The translations under genes were made by a program, and so were the position numbers. From Nemertoderma westbladi (Eukaryota; Animalia; Xenacoelomorpha): a DNA stretch of 64,000 nucleotides. The stretch covers positions 1 to 64,000 of the forward strand of contig JAUCBJ010007236.1 in NCBI GenBank assembly GCA_032718475.1, read 5' to 3'. Shown here piece by piece: positions 1 through 13,400 of the stretch. Each line of letters opens with the position of its first letter. Position 1 is the first letter of the stretch. Under the pieces are notes generated by a model. It saw only the letters and a list, made by a program, of their open reading frames with translations. It had not been told where the DNA came from and ran no database searches.

Positions 1-37
1 AATAACGGGGCAATTCAGCAAAGGCTTTTACACCTTC

Positions 38-3000
38 TTTCATGTAGGAACATAGACCGTGTTTCAGGTAGGAACTTAGACCGTGTTTCAGGTAGGAACA
101 TAGACCTTTTTTCAGCTAGGAACATAGACCGTGTTTTAGGTAGGAACATAGACCGTATTTCAGGTACGAACATAGACCGTTTTTCTGGTAGGAACATAGA
201 CCTTTTTTCACGAAGGAACATAGACCGTGTTTCATGAAGGAACATAGACCGTGTTTCAGGTAGGAACATAAACCGAGTTTCAGGTAGGAACATAGACCGC
301 GTTTCAGGTAGGAACATAGACCGAGTTTTAGGTAGGAACATAGACCGTGTTTCAGGTAGGAACATAGACCGTGTTTCAGGTAGGAACATAGACCGTGTTT
401 CAGGTAGGAACTTAGACCGCGTTTCAGGTAGGAACATAGACCGAGTTTCAGGTAGGAACATAGACCGTGTTTCATGTAGGAACATAGACCGTGTTTCAGG
501 TAGGAACATAGACCGTGTTTCAGGTAGGAACTTAGACCGTGTTTCAGGTAGGAACATAGACCGTGTTTCAGGTAGGAACATAGACCGTGTTTTAGGTAGG
601 AACTTAGATCGCGTTTCAGGTAGGAACATAGACCGAGTTTCAGGTAGGAATATAGCCGTGTTTCATGTAGGAACATACCGTGTTTCAGGTAGGAACATAG
701 ACCGTGTTTCTGGTAGGAACATAGACCGTGTTTCAGGTTGGAACATAGACCGAGTTTCAGGTAGGAACATAGACCTTTTTTTTCAGGTAGGAACATAGAC
801 CGTGTTTCATGTAGGAACATAGACCGTGTTTCAGGTAGGAACATAGACCGTGTTTCAGGTAGGAACATAGACCGAGTTTCAGGTAGGAACATAGCCGTGT
901 TTCATGTAGGAACATACCGTGTTTCAGGTACGAACATAGACCGTGTATCAGGTAGGAACTTAGACCGTGTTTCAGGTAGGAACATAGACCGTGTTTCAGG
1001 TAGGAACATAGACCGTGTTTTAGGTAGGAACTTAGACCGCGTTTCAGGTAGGAACATAGACCGACTTTCATGTAGGAACATAGACCGAGTTTCAGGTAGG
1101 AACATAGCCGTGTTTCAGGTAGGAACATAGACCGTGTTTCAGGTAGGAACATAGACCGTGTTTCATGTAGGAACATGCCGTGTTTCAGGTACGAACATAG
1201 ACCGTGTATCAGGTAGGAACTTAGACCGTGTTTCAGGTAGGAACATAGACCGTGTTTCAGGTAGGAACATAGACCGTGTTTTAGGTAGGAACATAGACCG
1301 CGTTTCAGGTAGGAACATAGACTGAGTTTCAGGTAGGAACATAGACCGTGTTTCAGGTAGGAACATAGACCGTGTTTCAGGTAGGAACATAGACCGTGTT
1401 TCAGGTAGGAACTTAGGCCGCGTTTCAGGTAAGAACATAGACCGAGTTTCAGGTAGGAACATAGACCGTGTTTCATGTAGGAACATAGACCGTGTTTCAG
1501 GTAGGAACATAGACCGTGTTTCAGGTAGGAACTTAGACCGTGTTTCAGGTAGGAACATAGACCGTGTTTCAGGTAGGAACATAGACCGTGTTTTAGGTAG
1601 GAACTTAGACCGCGTTTCAGGTAGGAACATAGACCGAGTTTCAGGTAGGTACATAGACCGAGTTTCAGGTAGGAACATAGACCGTGTTTCATGTAGGAAC
1701 ATAGACCGTGTTTCAGGTAGGAACATAGACCGTGTTTCAGGTAGGAACTTAGACCGTGTTTCAGGTAGGAACATAGACCGTGTTTCAGGTAGGAACATAG
1801 ACCGTGTTTTAGGTAGGAACTTAGACCGCGTTTCAGGTAGGAACATAGACCGAGTTTCAGTTAGGAACATAGCCGTGTTTCATGTAGGATCATACCGTGT
1901 TTCAGGTAGGAACATAGACCGAGTTTCAGGTAGGAACATAGACCCTTTTTCAGGTAGGAACATAGACCGTGTTTCATGTAGGAACATAGACCGTGTTTCA
2001 GGTAGGAACATAGACCGTGTTTCAGGTAGGAACATAGACCGAGTTTCAGGTAGGAACATAGCCGTGTTTCATGTAGGAACATACCGTGTTTCAGGTACGA
2101 ACATAGACCGTGTTTCATGTAGGAACTTAGACCGTGTTTCAGGTAGGAACATAGACCGTGTATCAGGTAGGAACTTAGACCGTGTTTCAGGTAGGAACAT
2201 AGACCGTGTTTCAGGTAGGAACATAGACCGTGTTTTAGGTAGGAACTTAGACCGCGTTTCAGGTAGGAACATAGACCGACTTTCATGTAGGAACATAGAC
2301 CGAGTTTCAGGTAGGAACATAGCCGTGTTTCAGGTAGGAACATAGATCGTGTTTTAGGTAGGAACTTAGACCGCGTTTCAGGTAGGAACATAGACCGACT
2401 TTCATGTAGGAACATAGACCGAGTTTCAGGTAGGAACATAGCCGTGTTTCAGGTAGGAACTTAGACCGTGTTTCAGGTAGGAACATAGACCGTGTTTCAG
2501 GTAGGAACATAGACCGTGTTTTAGGTAGGAACTTAGACCGCGTTTCAGGTAGGAACATAGACCGAGTTTCAGGTAGGATCATAGCCGTGTTTCTGGTAGG
2601 AACATAGACCGTGTTTCAGGTAGGAACATAGACCGAGTTTCTGGTAGGAACATAGACCGTGTTTCAGGTAGGAACATAGACCGAGTTTCAGGTAGGAACA
2701 TAGACCTTTTTTTTCAGGAAGGAACATAGACCGGTTTTCATGTAGGAACATAGACCGTGTTTCAGGTAGGAACATAGACCGTGTTTCAGGTAGGAACATA
2801 GACCGAGTTTCAGGTAGGAACATAGCCGTGTTTCATGTAGGAACATACCGTGTTTCAGGTACGAACATAGACCGTGTATCAGGTAGGAACTTAGACCGTG
2901 TTTCAGGTAGGAACATAGACCGTGTTTCAGGTAGGAACATAGACCGTGTTTTAGGTAGGAACATAGACCGTGTTTCAGGTAGGAACATAGACCGACTTTC

Positions 3001-6000
3001 ATGTAGGAACATAGACCGAGTTTCAGGTAGGAACATACCGTGTTTCAGGTAGGAACATAGACCGTGTTTCAGGTAGGAACATAGACCGTGTTTCATGTAG
3101 GAACATGCCGTGTTTCAGGTATGAACATAGACCGTGTATCAGGTAGGAACTTAGACCGTGTTTCAGGTAGGAACATAGACCGTGTTTTAGGTAGGAACTT
3201 AGACCGCGTTTCAGGTAGGAACATAGACCGAGTTTCAGGTAGGAACATAGCCGTGTTTCATGTAGGAACATACCGTGTTTCAGGTAGGAACATAGACCGT
3301 GTTTCTGGTAGGAACATAGACCGTGTTTCAGGTAGGAACATAGACCGTGTTTCAGGTAGGAACATAGACCGTGTTTCAGGTAGGAACATAGCCGTGTTTC
3401 ATGTAGGAACATACCGTGTTTCAGGTAGGAACATAGACCGTGTTTTAGGTAGGAACTTAGACCGTGTTTCTGGTAGGAACATAGACCGTGTTTTAGGTAG
3501 GAACTTAGACCGCGTTTCAGGTAGGAACATAGACCGAGTTTCAGGTAGGAACATATCCGTGTTTCAGGTAGGAACATACCGTGTTTCTGGTAGGAACATA
3601 GACCGTGTTTCAGGTAGGAACTTAGGCCGTGTTTCAGGTAGGAACATAGACCGAGTTTCAGGTAGGAACATAGCCGTGTTTCATGTAGGAACATACCGTG
3701 TTTCTGGTAGGAACATAGACCGTGTTTCTGGTAGGAACATAGACCGTGTTTCAGGTAGGAACATAGACCGTGTTTCAGGTAGGAACATAGACCGTGTTTC
3801 AGGTAGGAACATAGCCGTGTTTCATGTAGGAACTTAGACCGTGTTTCAGGTAGGAACATAGACCGTGTTTCAGGTAGGAACATAGACCGTGTTTTAGGTA
3901 GGAACTTAGACCGTGTTTCAGGTAGGAACATAGACCGTGTTTCAGGTAGGAACATAGACCGTGTTTTAGGTAGGAACTTAGACCGTGTTTCAGGTAGGAA
4001 CATAGACCGTGTTTCAGGTAGGAACATAGACCGTGTTTCAGGTAGGAACTTAGGCCGTGTTTCAGGTAGGAACATAGACCGAGTTTTAGGTAGGAACATA
4101 GCCGTGTTTCATGTAGGAACATACCGTGTTTCTGGTAGGAACATAGACCGTGTTTCTGGTAGGAACATAGACCGTGTTTCAGGTAGGAACATAGACCGTG
4201 TTCCAGGTAGGAACATAGACCGTGTTTCAGGTAGGAACATAGCCGTGTTTCATGTAGGAACTTAGACCGTGTTTCAGGTAGGAACATAGACCGTGTTTCA
4301 GGTAGGAACATAGACCGTGTTTTAGGTAGGAACTTAGACCGTGTTTCAGGTAGGAACATAGACCGTGTTTCAGGTAGGAACATAGACCGTGTTTTAGGTA
4401 GGAACTTAGACCGTGTTTCAGGTAGGAACATAGACCGTGTTTCAGGCAGGAACATAGACCGAGTTTCAGGTAGGAACATAGACCGTGTTTCAGGTAGGAA
4501 CTTAGACCGTGTTTCAGGTAGGAACATAGACCGTGTTTCAGGTAGGAACATAGACCGTGTTTTAGGTAGGAACTTAGACCGTGTTTCAGGTAGGAACATA
4601 GACCGTGTTTCAGGTAGGAACATAGACCGAGTTTCAGGTAGGAACATAGACCGTGTTTCAGGTAGGAACATAGACCGTGTTTCAGGTAGGAACATAGACC
4701 GTGTTTCAGGTAGGAACATAGACCGTGTTTTAGGTAGGAACTTAGACCGTGTTTCAGGTAGGAACATAGACCGTGTTTCAGGTAGGAACATGGACCGAGT
4801 TTCAGGTAGGAACATAGACCGTGTTTCAGGTAGGAACATAGACCGTGTTTCAGGTAGGAACATAGACCGTGTTTCAGGTAGGAACATAGACCGTGTTTCA
4901 TGAAGGAACATAGACCGTGTTTTAGGTAGGAACATAGACCGTGTTTCTGGTAGGAACATAGACCGAGTTTCTGGTAGGAACATAGACCGTGTTTCAGGTA
5001 GGAACATAGACCGAGTTTCAGGTAGGAACATATACCGAGTTTCTGGTAGGAACATAGACCTTTTTTCAGGTAGGAACATAGACCGAGTTTCAGGTAGGAA
5101 CATAGACCGAGTTTCAGGTAGGAACATAGCCGTGTTTCATGTAGGAATATACCGTGTTTCAGGTAGGAACATAGACCGTGTTTCTGGTAGGAACATAGAC
5201 CGTGTTTCAGGTAGGAACATAGACCGAGTTTCAGGTAGGAACATAGACCTTTTTTCAGGTAGGAACATAGACCGAATTTTAGGTAGGAACATAGACCGTG
5301 TTTCATGTAGGAACATAGACCGTGTTTCAGGTAGGAACATAGACCGTGTTTCAGGTAGGAACTTAGACCGTGTTTCAGGTAGGAACATAGACCGTGTTTC
5401 AGGTAGGAACATAGACCGTGTTTTAGGTAGGAACATAGCCGTGTTTCATGTAGGAACATAGCCGTGTTTCTGGTAGGAACATAGACCGTGTTTCAGGTAG
5501 GAACATAGACCGTGTTTCTGGTAGGAACATAGACCGTGTTTCAGGTAGGAACATAGACCGAGTTTCAGGTAGGAACATAGACCTTTTTTCAGGTAGGAAC
5601 ATAGACCGAATTTTAGGTAGGAACATAGACCGTGTTTCATGTAGGAACATAGACCGTGTTTCAGGTAGGAACTTAGACCGTGTTTCAGGTAGGAACATAG
5701 ACCGTGTTTCAGGTAGGAACATAGACCGTGTTTTAGGTAGGAACTTAGACCGTGTTTCAGGTAGGAACATAGACCGTGTTTCAGGTAGGAACATAGACCG
5801 AGTTTCAGGTAGGAACATAGACCGTGTTTCAGGTAGGAACATAGACCGTGTTTCAGGTAGGAACATAGACCGTGTTTCAGGTAGGAACATAGACCGTGTT
5901 TTAGGTAGGAACTTAGACCGTGTTTCAGGTAGGAACATAGACCGTGTTTCAGGTAGGAACATGGACCGAGTTTCAGGTAGGAACATAGACCGTGTTTCAG

Positions 6001-7440
6001 GTAGGAACATAGACCGTGTTTCAGGTAGGAACATAGACCGTGTTTCAGGTAGGAACATAGACCGTGTTTCATGAAGGAACATAGACCGTGTTTTAGGTAG
6101 GAACATAGACCGTGTTTCTGGTAGGAACATAGACCGAGTTTCTGGTAGGAACATAGACCGTGTTTCAGGTAGGAACATAGACCGAGTTTCAGGTAGGAAC
6201 ATATACCGAGTTTCTGGTAGGAACATAGACCTTTTTTCAGGTAGGAACATAGACCGAGTTTCAGGTAGGAACATAGACCGAGTTTCAGGTAGGAACATAG
6301 CCGTGTTTCATGTAGGAATATACCGTGTTTCAGGTAGGAACATAGACCGTGTTTCTGGTAGGAACATAGACCGTGTTTCAGGTAGGAACATAGACCGAGT
6401 TTCAGGTAGGAACATAGACCTTTTTTCAGGTAGGAACATAGACCGAATTTTAGGTAGGAACATAGACCGTGTTTCATGTAGGAACATAGACCGTGTTTCA
6501 GGTAGGAACATAGACCGTGTTTCAGGTAGGAACTTAGACCGTGTTTCAGGTAGGAACATAGACCGTGTTTCAGGTAGGAACATAGACCGTGTTTTAGGTA
6601 GGAACATAGCCGTGTTTCATGTAGGAACATAGCCGTGTTTCTGGTAGGAACATAGACCGTGTTTCAGGTAGGAACATAGACCGTGTTTCTGGTAGGAACA
6701 TAGACCGTGTTTCAGGTAGGAACATAGACCGAGTTTCAGGTAGGAACATAGACCTTTTTTCAGGTAGGAACATAGACCGAATTTTAGGTAGGAACATAGA
6801 CCGTGTTTCATGTAGGAACATAGACCGTGTTTCAGGTAGGAACATAGACCGTGTTTCAGGTAGGAACATAGACCGTGTTTCTGGTAGGAACATAGACCGT
6901 GTTTCAGGTAGGAACATAGACCGTGTTTTAGGTAGGAACATAGCCGTGTTTCATGTAGGAACATAGCCGTGTTTCTGGTAGGAACATAGACCGAATTTTA
7001 GGTAGGAACATAGACCGTGTTTCATGTAGGAACATAGACCGTGTTTCTGGTAGGAACATAGACCGTGTTTCAGGTAGGAACATAGACCGTGTTTCTGGTA
7101 GGAACATAGACCGTGTTTCAGGTAGGAACATAGACCGTGTTTTAGGTAGGAACATAGCCGTGTTTCATGTAGGAACATAGCCGTGTTTCTGGTAGGAACA
7201 TAGACCGTGTTTCAGGTAGGAACATAGACCGTGTTTCAGGTAGGAACTTAGACCGTGTTTCAGGTAGGAACATAGACCGTGTTTCTGGTAGGAACATAGA
7301 CCGTGTTTCAGGTAGGAACATAGACCGAGTTTCAGGTACGAACATAGACCGAGTTTCAGGTAGGAACATAGACCGTGTTTCAGGTAGGAACATAGGCCGT
7401 GTTTTAGGTAGGAACTTTGACCGTGTTTCTGATAGGAACT
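38..7440 (+). repeat. Intronic 24-bp minisatellite array, consensus GAACATAGACCGTGTTTCAGGTAG, ~310 copies
   Basis: Directly visible tandem unit with recurrent variants (CAT/TAG/CTG for CAG, CTT for CAT, CGAG/CGCG, 22-23-bp deletion units). It decays into unique intron at ~7440. Confidence 0.98.
48..67 (+). CDS. DNAH5: Probable 20-nt dynein microexon (E-H-R-P-C-F-R, phase 0 to 2), which is also the first unit of the 24-bp array
   Basis: Preceded by a pyrimidine tract and acceptor (cttttacaccttctttcatgtag) and followed by AG|GTAGGA. Its phase-2 end joins the phase-2 acceptor at 7609 to give [15 protein letters not shown], which parallels human DNAH5 LPIFRASVTLAIP (recalled). An in-frame TAG at 45-47 prevents a longer exon in this frame. 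Confidence 0.65.
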
Positions 7441-10400
7441 ATTATTATACAGATGGAAGTGTTAAGCAAACGTTAACCTTTGGTTGTTTGGGCGGTGATC
7501 TTCAAAATTATTGGGGTGAACGTGGTCAATGGCTATGGATGCAATGAAAATTGTTATTACTATTTTATCTCAAAGAATAATTAAATGTTTTTAATTGTAC
7601 TTTTATAGAGCTGATGTTACTTTAGAAATACCGTCGATAAACTTGCAACCGAGTTTAGAGGATATTCAACATGCTGTAAATAGAGTGGCCCATTGCATCG
7701 TTGGTGTCAGTAAGGGCGTGGCTCAGGTTGGTTTACTGTTATTATACAGTTTGAACTTAAGACAAAATGTATATATTAAATAATTTTTCAAGAAATATAA
7801 ATTTATGAGATAGGAAGTAGGTTTTAGATCACGATTGAATAAAAATATTATGCTAGAATACGAAGTCAGTATGGGATGTTCATCGTTGCTATTTGTAGTT
7901 CCTATTATCATACTTAGTATTTAATCTTGTAAAGTAATTTTCTCTTTGTTTTCGTTACAACCAACGGAATGGACGGCGGGTTTCTTAAAAGGAAAAAATT
8001 TACATTCCAGTGGAATAAAGACCGCCAGCCACCGGTGCTGGGAGAGCGGAAACCTGCCGAACCAGTCCCAGCGGCGGACCACAGACGGTCGTCTATCCAA
8101 TCAACCGTCAGCGAGGTGGGAGAGGGGACCCGGGTGCGGAAAGTGGAGATTGAGGGCGTCATGGTCAACGTCCATCATCAAACCAAAAACTACTTCAAGT
8201 TAGTTGCGAATAACTACAGGATTGGTTGTTTTTATTTATAGATGATACTGTGTTTAGAGACCGACCGCCCTTGCGGTCTCACAAGTGTGAAGCTATAGAG
8301 ACACATCAATTACTGCGATTGCATTAAGACATTAAGAGTTGGGTTACATTGGGTCATTATATTCAGCAGTTACATATAGTTACGTTATGTTACAATTCCA
8401 GGTCGGTGTCAGAGAACAAGGAAGTGGCCAAACTAGTTTCAGTTCTTTCCAGTTCAATCCAGTCCACAAAGAAAGAAGTCCAGTCGGCTTTGGATCTGTT
8501 CGAAAAATATTCTGGTGAGCCAATGACATACTAAGTCACAATAATGCAGTATGTTAATTTAATGTATTTAATAATGCAGTTTACGGACAGAAAAAGCTAT
8601 AGATGCATTAATTGTTTCACCGGGAGTAATTAGTTGTTTAGAACCGTGGCTGATCGAGCACTGAGCGAAACAGTGTTTGGAACTTAAGGGATACGTGGGT
8701 GTACTTTAAAGCCTATAATATGATTATATCTGATATTATTAGTGTAATATTATTATGGTACACCAATCAGAGCCTACTTTCTAGAATTCCCGTTTAATTT
8801 CCTTAGATTTATGGAATCTTGATCGAGAATCAACTTTGGAGGATTTCCTCAAAGAAAACCCCGAGTTGAACGACTTCCAGGCCAGGATATTCTCTTACAA
8901 AGAGCTCGGACACGTGGTTGCTAGGGAACCAGAGTTCTATGCTGCCGGTGAGTGAAACACTGAAATAACTCTAAGTCACTAATGTGTATTACTGACCACT
9001 AAGGCACCGTTACGTAAGGAAATATACAAAAAAAGCGAACTGGGAATTACCTAATATTACAGAGTGATGCTTTTTTTCTCATATAATAGGATTTATATTA
9101 TAAAATAATTGTATTTTCAGGTCCCATTGCCGTTTTCACTGATAAGATGAAGGTAGCGTTGAAGTCTGAGATGACGGCCTGGGTGAATAGCTACGGTAAA
9201 GCCTGTAACACAAAGTACAGGAATATTATGACTGAAATATTTACGTTCACTGAGGATATAGGCAAACGCCTTAGTCGTCCCATAAAGGACCTAGACGATA
9301 TTCGGTTGGCTATGGCGGCGTTGAAGAGTTTAAGGAGAGAGGAGATCCGAATTGATATGTCGCTGTCTCCAATAGAGGAATCCTACGCCATGCTCACCAA
9401 GTTCGTACCGTTTTAGTAATAATAATCTTTGGCACCATATTTTTTAACACCTAACTTCTCTTTGTATACAAAAAAGTCTAAATTTGTAAATAAATTAAGA
9501 AGTGTGAAAAAGATGAGGTCATTAAATAATTAGCCTTTTATTGAACATTGTTATAGTCCGCATGAAAGTAATAAGTCTTACAAAGTATGATCAGAATGCA
9601 GGGTGTGAGTGATATGAAAATTATTATCTAAAATAATATAATGATAATGATAATGAAAATTATCTTAGAAAAATTATCATCTGAAAATTATCTAATGTCA
9701 CTTTCTGCATATATTTAATTTAATTTATTAAAATACAAACTACCGGAACCAATACTAAAGTTCTCTCTCTATATCGCCCCCCCCCCCCCCTCCCCCCCAC
9801 CCTCTCTCTCTTTCTTGAATAAAGGTCACAGAATGATATACTTAAATGTTAACAGATTAATGTGTCTATCCTCCCTTAGATACGATCTCCATGTAGCGAA
9901 AGAGGAGTTAGAAAAGGTTGATACTCTACGATACTCATGGGACAAACTCCAAGTTCAAGCCGTCAATGTCCAGAACCATTTGGTCGACATCCAACCCAAC
10001 TTCAAGGGTTCCCTCATAGACAACGTCAAGTCCTTGATAGTCGATTCCGCTACTTTCTACGACACCTACAAATCGAAGGGCCCTATGGTGGCGGGACTGC
10101 ACCCTAGAGACGCCAGCGACAGATTACTCGTGTTCCAGAACCAGTTCGATACGCTCCACCGTCGTTTCATCACCTACACCGGAGGAGAGGAGCTGTTTGG
10201 TCTTCCAGTTACCGACTTCCCGGAACTACAAACCGTTAAGAAAGAACTCAACCTCCTGCAACGTCTCTACATGCTCTATAACAGCGTTATCGACACTGTG
10301 AACAGCTACTATGATATTCCTTGGAATGAGATAGACATTGAGAAGATTAACAACGAGCTTACCGAATTCCAGAATCGTTGTAGGAAGTTGCCGAAAGCTT

Positions 10401-13400
10401 TGAAAGACTGGCAGGCCTTTGAAGATCTTAAATCCACTATAGATAATTTCAACGATTCTTGCCCACTCCTCGAAATGATGTCGAACAAGTCGATGAAACC
10501 GAGGCATTGGGAGAGAATCACCGACTTAACCGGACATACCTTCGACGTAGAAAGCGATAACTTTCTTCTCAGGAATGTCATGGAAGCTCCCTTGCTTGAG
10601 CACCGTGAGGATCTAGAAGATATTTGCATAGCCGCTGTCAAGGAGAAGGATATAGAGGCTAAACTAAAGCAGGTCATTGCTGAGTGGAGTGTTCAAGTGT
10701 TGAATTTCGGTGGGTTTAAGAATCGAGGTGAACTTTTGTTGAAGGGCGACACAATCACAGATGTTACCGTGCTCATGGAGGACAGTCTCATGGTATTGAG
10801 CTCGTTGCTAAGTAACCGTTATAATGCGCCGTTTAAGAAGAAAATCCAGCAGTGGGTCCATAACCTTAGCAACACTCAGGATATTATAGAGAATTGGATG
10901 GTCGTGCAGAATCTTTGGGTCTACCTGGAGGCCGTGTTTGTGGGTGGTGACATCGCGAAACAGCTGCCCAAGGAAGCGAAACGTTTCCACAACATCGATA
11001 AATCTTGGGTTAAGATAATGACCCGCGCACATGAGACTCCCAACGTGGTTCAGTGTTGCGTCGGTGACGAGACTTTGGGGCAGCTGCTGCCGCATTTGTT
11101 GGACCAGCTGGAACAGTGCCAGAAGAGTCTCACTGGATACCTCGAGAAAAAACGTTTGTTGTTTCCACGGTTTTTCTTTGTTTCAGATCCCGCCCTTCTA
11201 GAAATTCTAGGCCAGGCTTCCGATTCCCACACTATTCAAAACCATTTACTTTCAGTATTCGATAATACTAAGAACGTGAAGTTTCACGAAAAGGACTACG
11301 ATAGAATTCTGGCGATAATGTCGTCGGAAGGAGAGTCGGTAGAACTTGAGAAACCGGTGAAAGCCGAAGGTAATGTGGAGTCATGGTTGAATGACCTCAT
11401 GTTGATGGCCCAGAAATCGTTGCACGGAGTCATTAGAACCGCTGCCTTATCCATACAGGACCAAAACTTTAATCTCATTGAGTTTTTGAATGCTTTCCCC
11501 ACCCAAGTTGGTTTGCTCGGTATTCAGATGCTCTGGACTCGCGATTCGACCGAGGCTCTTACAAACGCCCGCTTCGATAAGAAGGTTATGGCGCAGACCA
11601 ACCAGGCCTTCCTCGATCTCCTCAACACCCTCATTAGTGTGACAACTCAAAACTTAGCGAAATTCGAGAGGACAAAATTCGAAACTATGATAACTATTCA
11701 TGTACATCAAAAGGATATTTTCGATGACATGTGCCGTTTGCACATCCGAACACCGAACGATTTTGAGTGGACAAAACAGTCGCGGTTTTATTACATTGAA
11801 GACACTGACAAAATGTTGATTTCTATTACTGATGTGGATTTCCATTACCAGAACGAGTTTCTCGGTTGTACTGATCGATTGGTTATAACTCCTCTCACAG
11901 ATCGGTGTTACATCACTCTTTCTCAGGCGCTGCATATGAGTATGGGCGGAGCTCCGGCGGGGCCAGCTGGTACCGGTAAAACCGAAACCACGAAGGACAT
12001 GGCCAGATGCCTCGGAAAATACGTCGTTGTTTTCAATTGCTCCGATCAAATGGATTACCGGGGTTTGGGTCGGATCTACAAGGGTTTGGCTCAGTCCGGC
12101 AGTTGGGGTTGTTTCGACGAGTTTAACCGAATTGAGCTACCCGTATTGTCAGTAGCAGCACAACAAATCGCTATAGTACTGACTGCCAAAAAGGAACGCA
12201 AGAAAGAATTTATCTTCTCCGATGGCGATATCGTAGAGCTGAGCCCAGAATTCGGTATCTTTTTGACAATGAACCCCGGATACGCCGGGCGCCAGGAGCT
12301 GCCCGAAAATTTAAAAATAAATTTTAGAACTGTGGCCATGATGGTGCCAGATAGGCAAATTATTATTCGGGTAAAACTAGCAGCTGCTGGGTTTGTAGAG
12401 AATATTATATTAGCTAGAAAGTTCTACGTTTTGTACAAATTGTGCGAAGAGCAACTTTCTAAACAAGTTCATTATGATTTTGGATTGAGAAATATCTTAT
12501 CCGTGTTAAGAACTCTGGGAACTGTTAAACGTGCTAACCCCAATGACACAGAGAACACCATTGTTATGAGAGTTCTCAGAGATATGAATCTCTCAAAACT
12601 TATCGATGAAGATGAACCACTGTTTATGTCTCTGATCAATGATCTGTTCCCAGGAATAGTCCTTGATAAGGCCGGATACCCAGAGCTGGAAGGCGCCATA
12701 GGGAAGCACATCGAAGAATCTGGATTGGTCCACCACCCTGCTTGGTTTCTCAAAGTCATTCAGCTGTTTGAGACGCAGCGTGTGCGTCACGGTATGATGG
12801 CCTTAGGGCCTTCTGGCGCAGGGAAGACCTGTTGCATTCATGTATTGATGAAAGCCATGACAGAGTGTGGCGAGCCTCACAAAGAAATGCGTATGAACCC
12901 CAAGGCTATAACCGCCTCTCAGATGTTCGGCCGGTTGGATGTGGCCACCAATGATTGGACTGATGGTATATTCTCTACCTTATGGCGGCGCACCCACAAG
13001 GTTAAAAAGGGAGACCATGTATGGCTGCTACTTGATGGACCAGTTGATGCGATCTGGATTGAGAACTTGAACTCAGTTCTGGACGATAACAAGACGCTTA
13101 CTTTGGCTAATGGTGACCGGATACCAATGGCACCTAATTGTAAAATCATTTTTGAGCCCCACAATATCGATAACGCCTCCCCTGCCACGGTGTCTCGTAA
13201 TGGAATGGTGTTCATGAGCTCCTCGGTTTTAGACTGGGATCCCATCATTAGAGGCTGGTTGAAGAAACGGAATGAGCAGGAATCCAGCATTCTCTATGAG
13301 TTATTCAAGAATTCCTTCTTTAAAGCTTGGATTTTTGCCAGCGAACACTTGGAATTTAAGATGGATGTACTGGAGGCATTTGTCGTTGGTCAGTGTTCGA

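Noticed and set aside
1-47. Positions 1-43 as the end of a coding exon (NNGAIQQRLLHLLS or ITGQFSKGFYTFFH, donor GTAGGA at 44)
   Set aside because: No convincing dynein similarity, and the pyrimidine tract plus TAG fits an acceptor better. Not fully excluded without upstream sequence.
15-7393. MFLPETRS / LCSYLKHG / RVSGRNID repeat ORFs
   Set aside because: Translations of the 24-bp array with frequent frameshifting 22-23-bp units, lying inside a dynein intron.
8257-8280. GAGACCG...CGGTCTC hairpin in a short intron
   Set aside because: Only a 7-bp stem with no identifiable element ends or TSD.
9815-9879. N-terminus [22 protein letters not shown] of the 3,079-aa ORF as a real start
   Set aside because: It is intronic. 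Dynein similarity begins after the acceptor at 9878-9879 and continues in upstream exons, so this is not an intronless retrogene.
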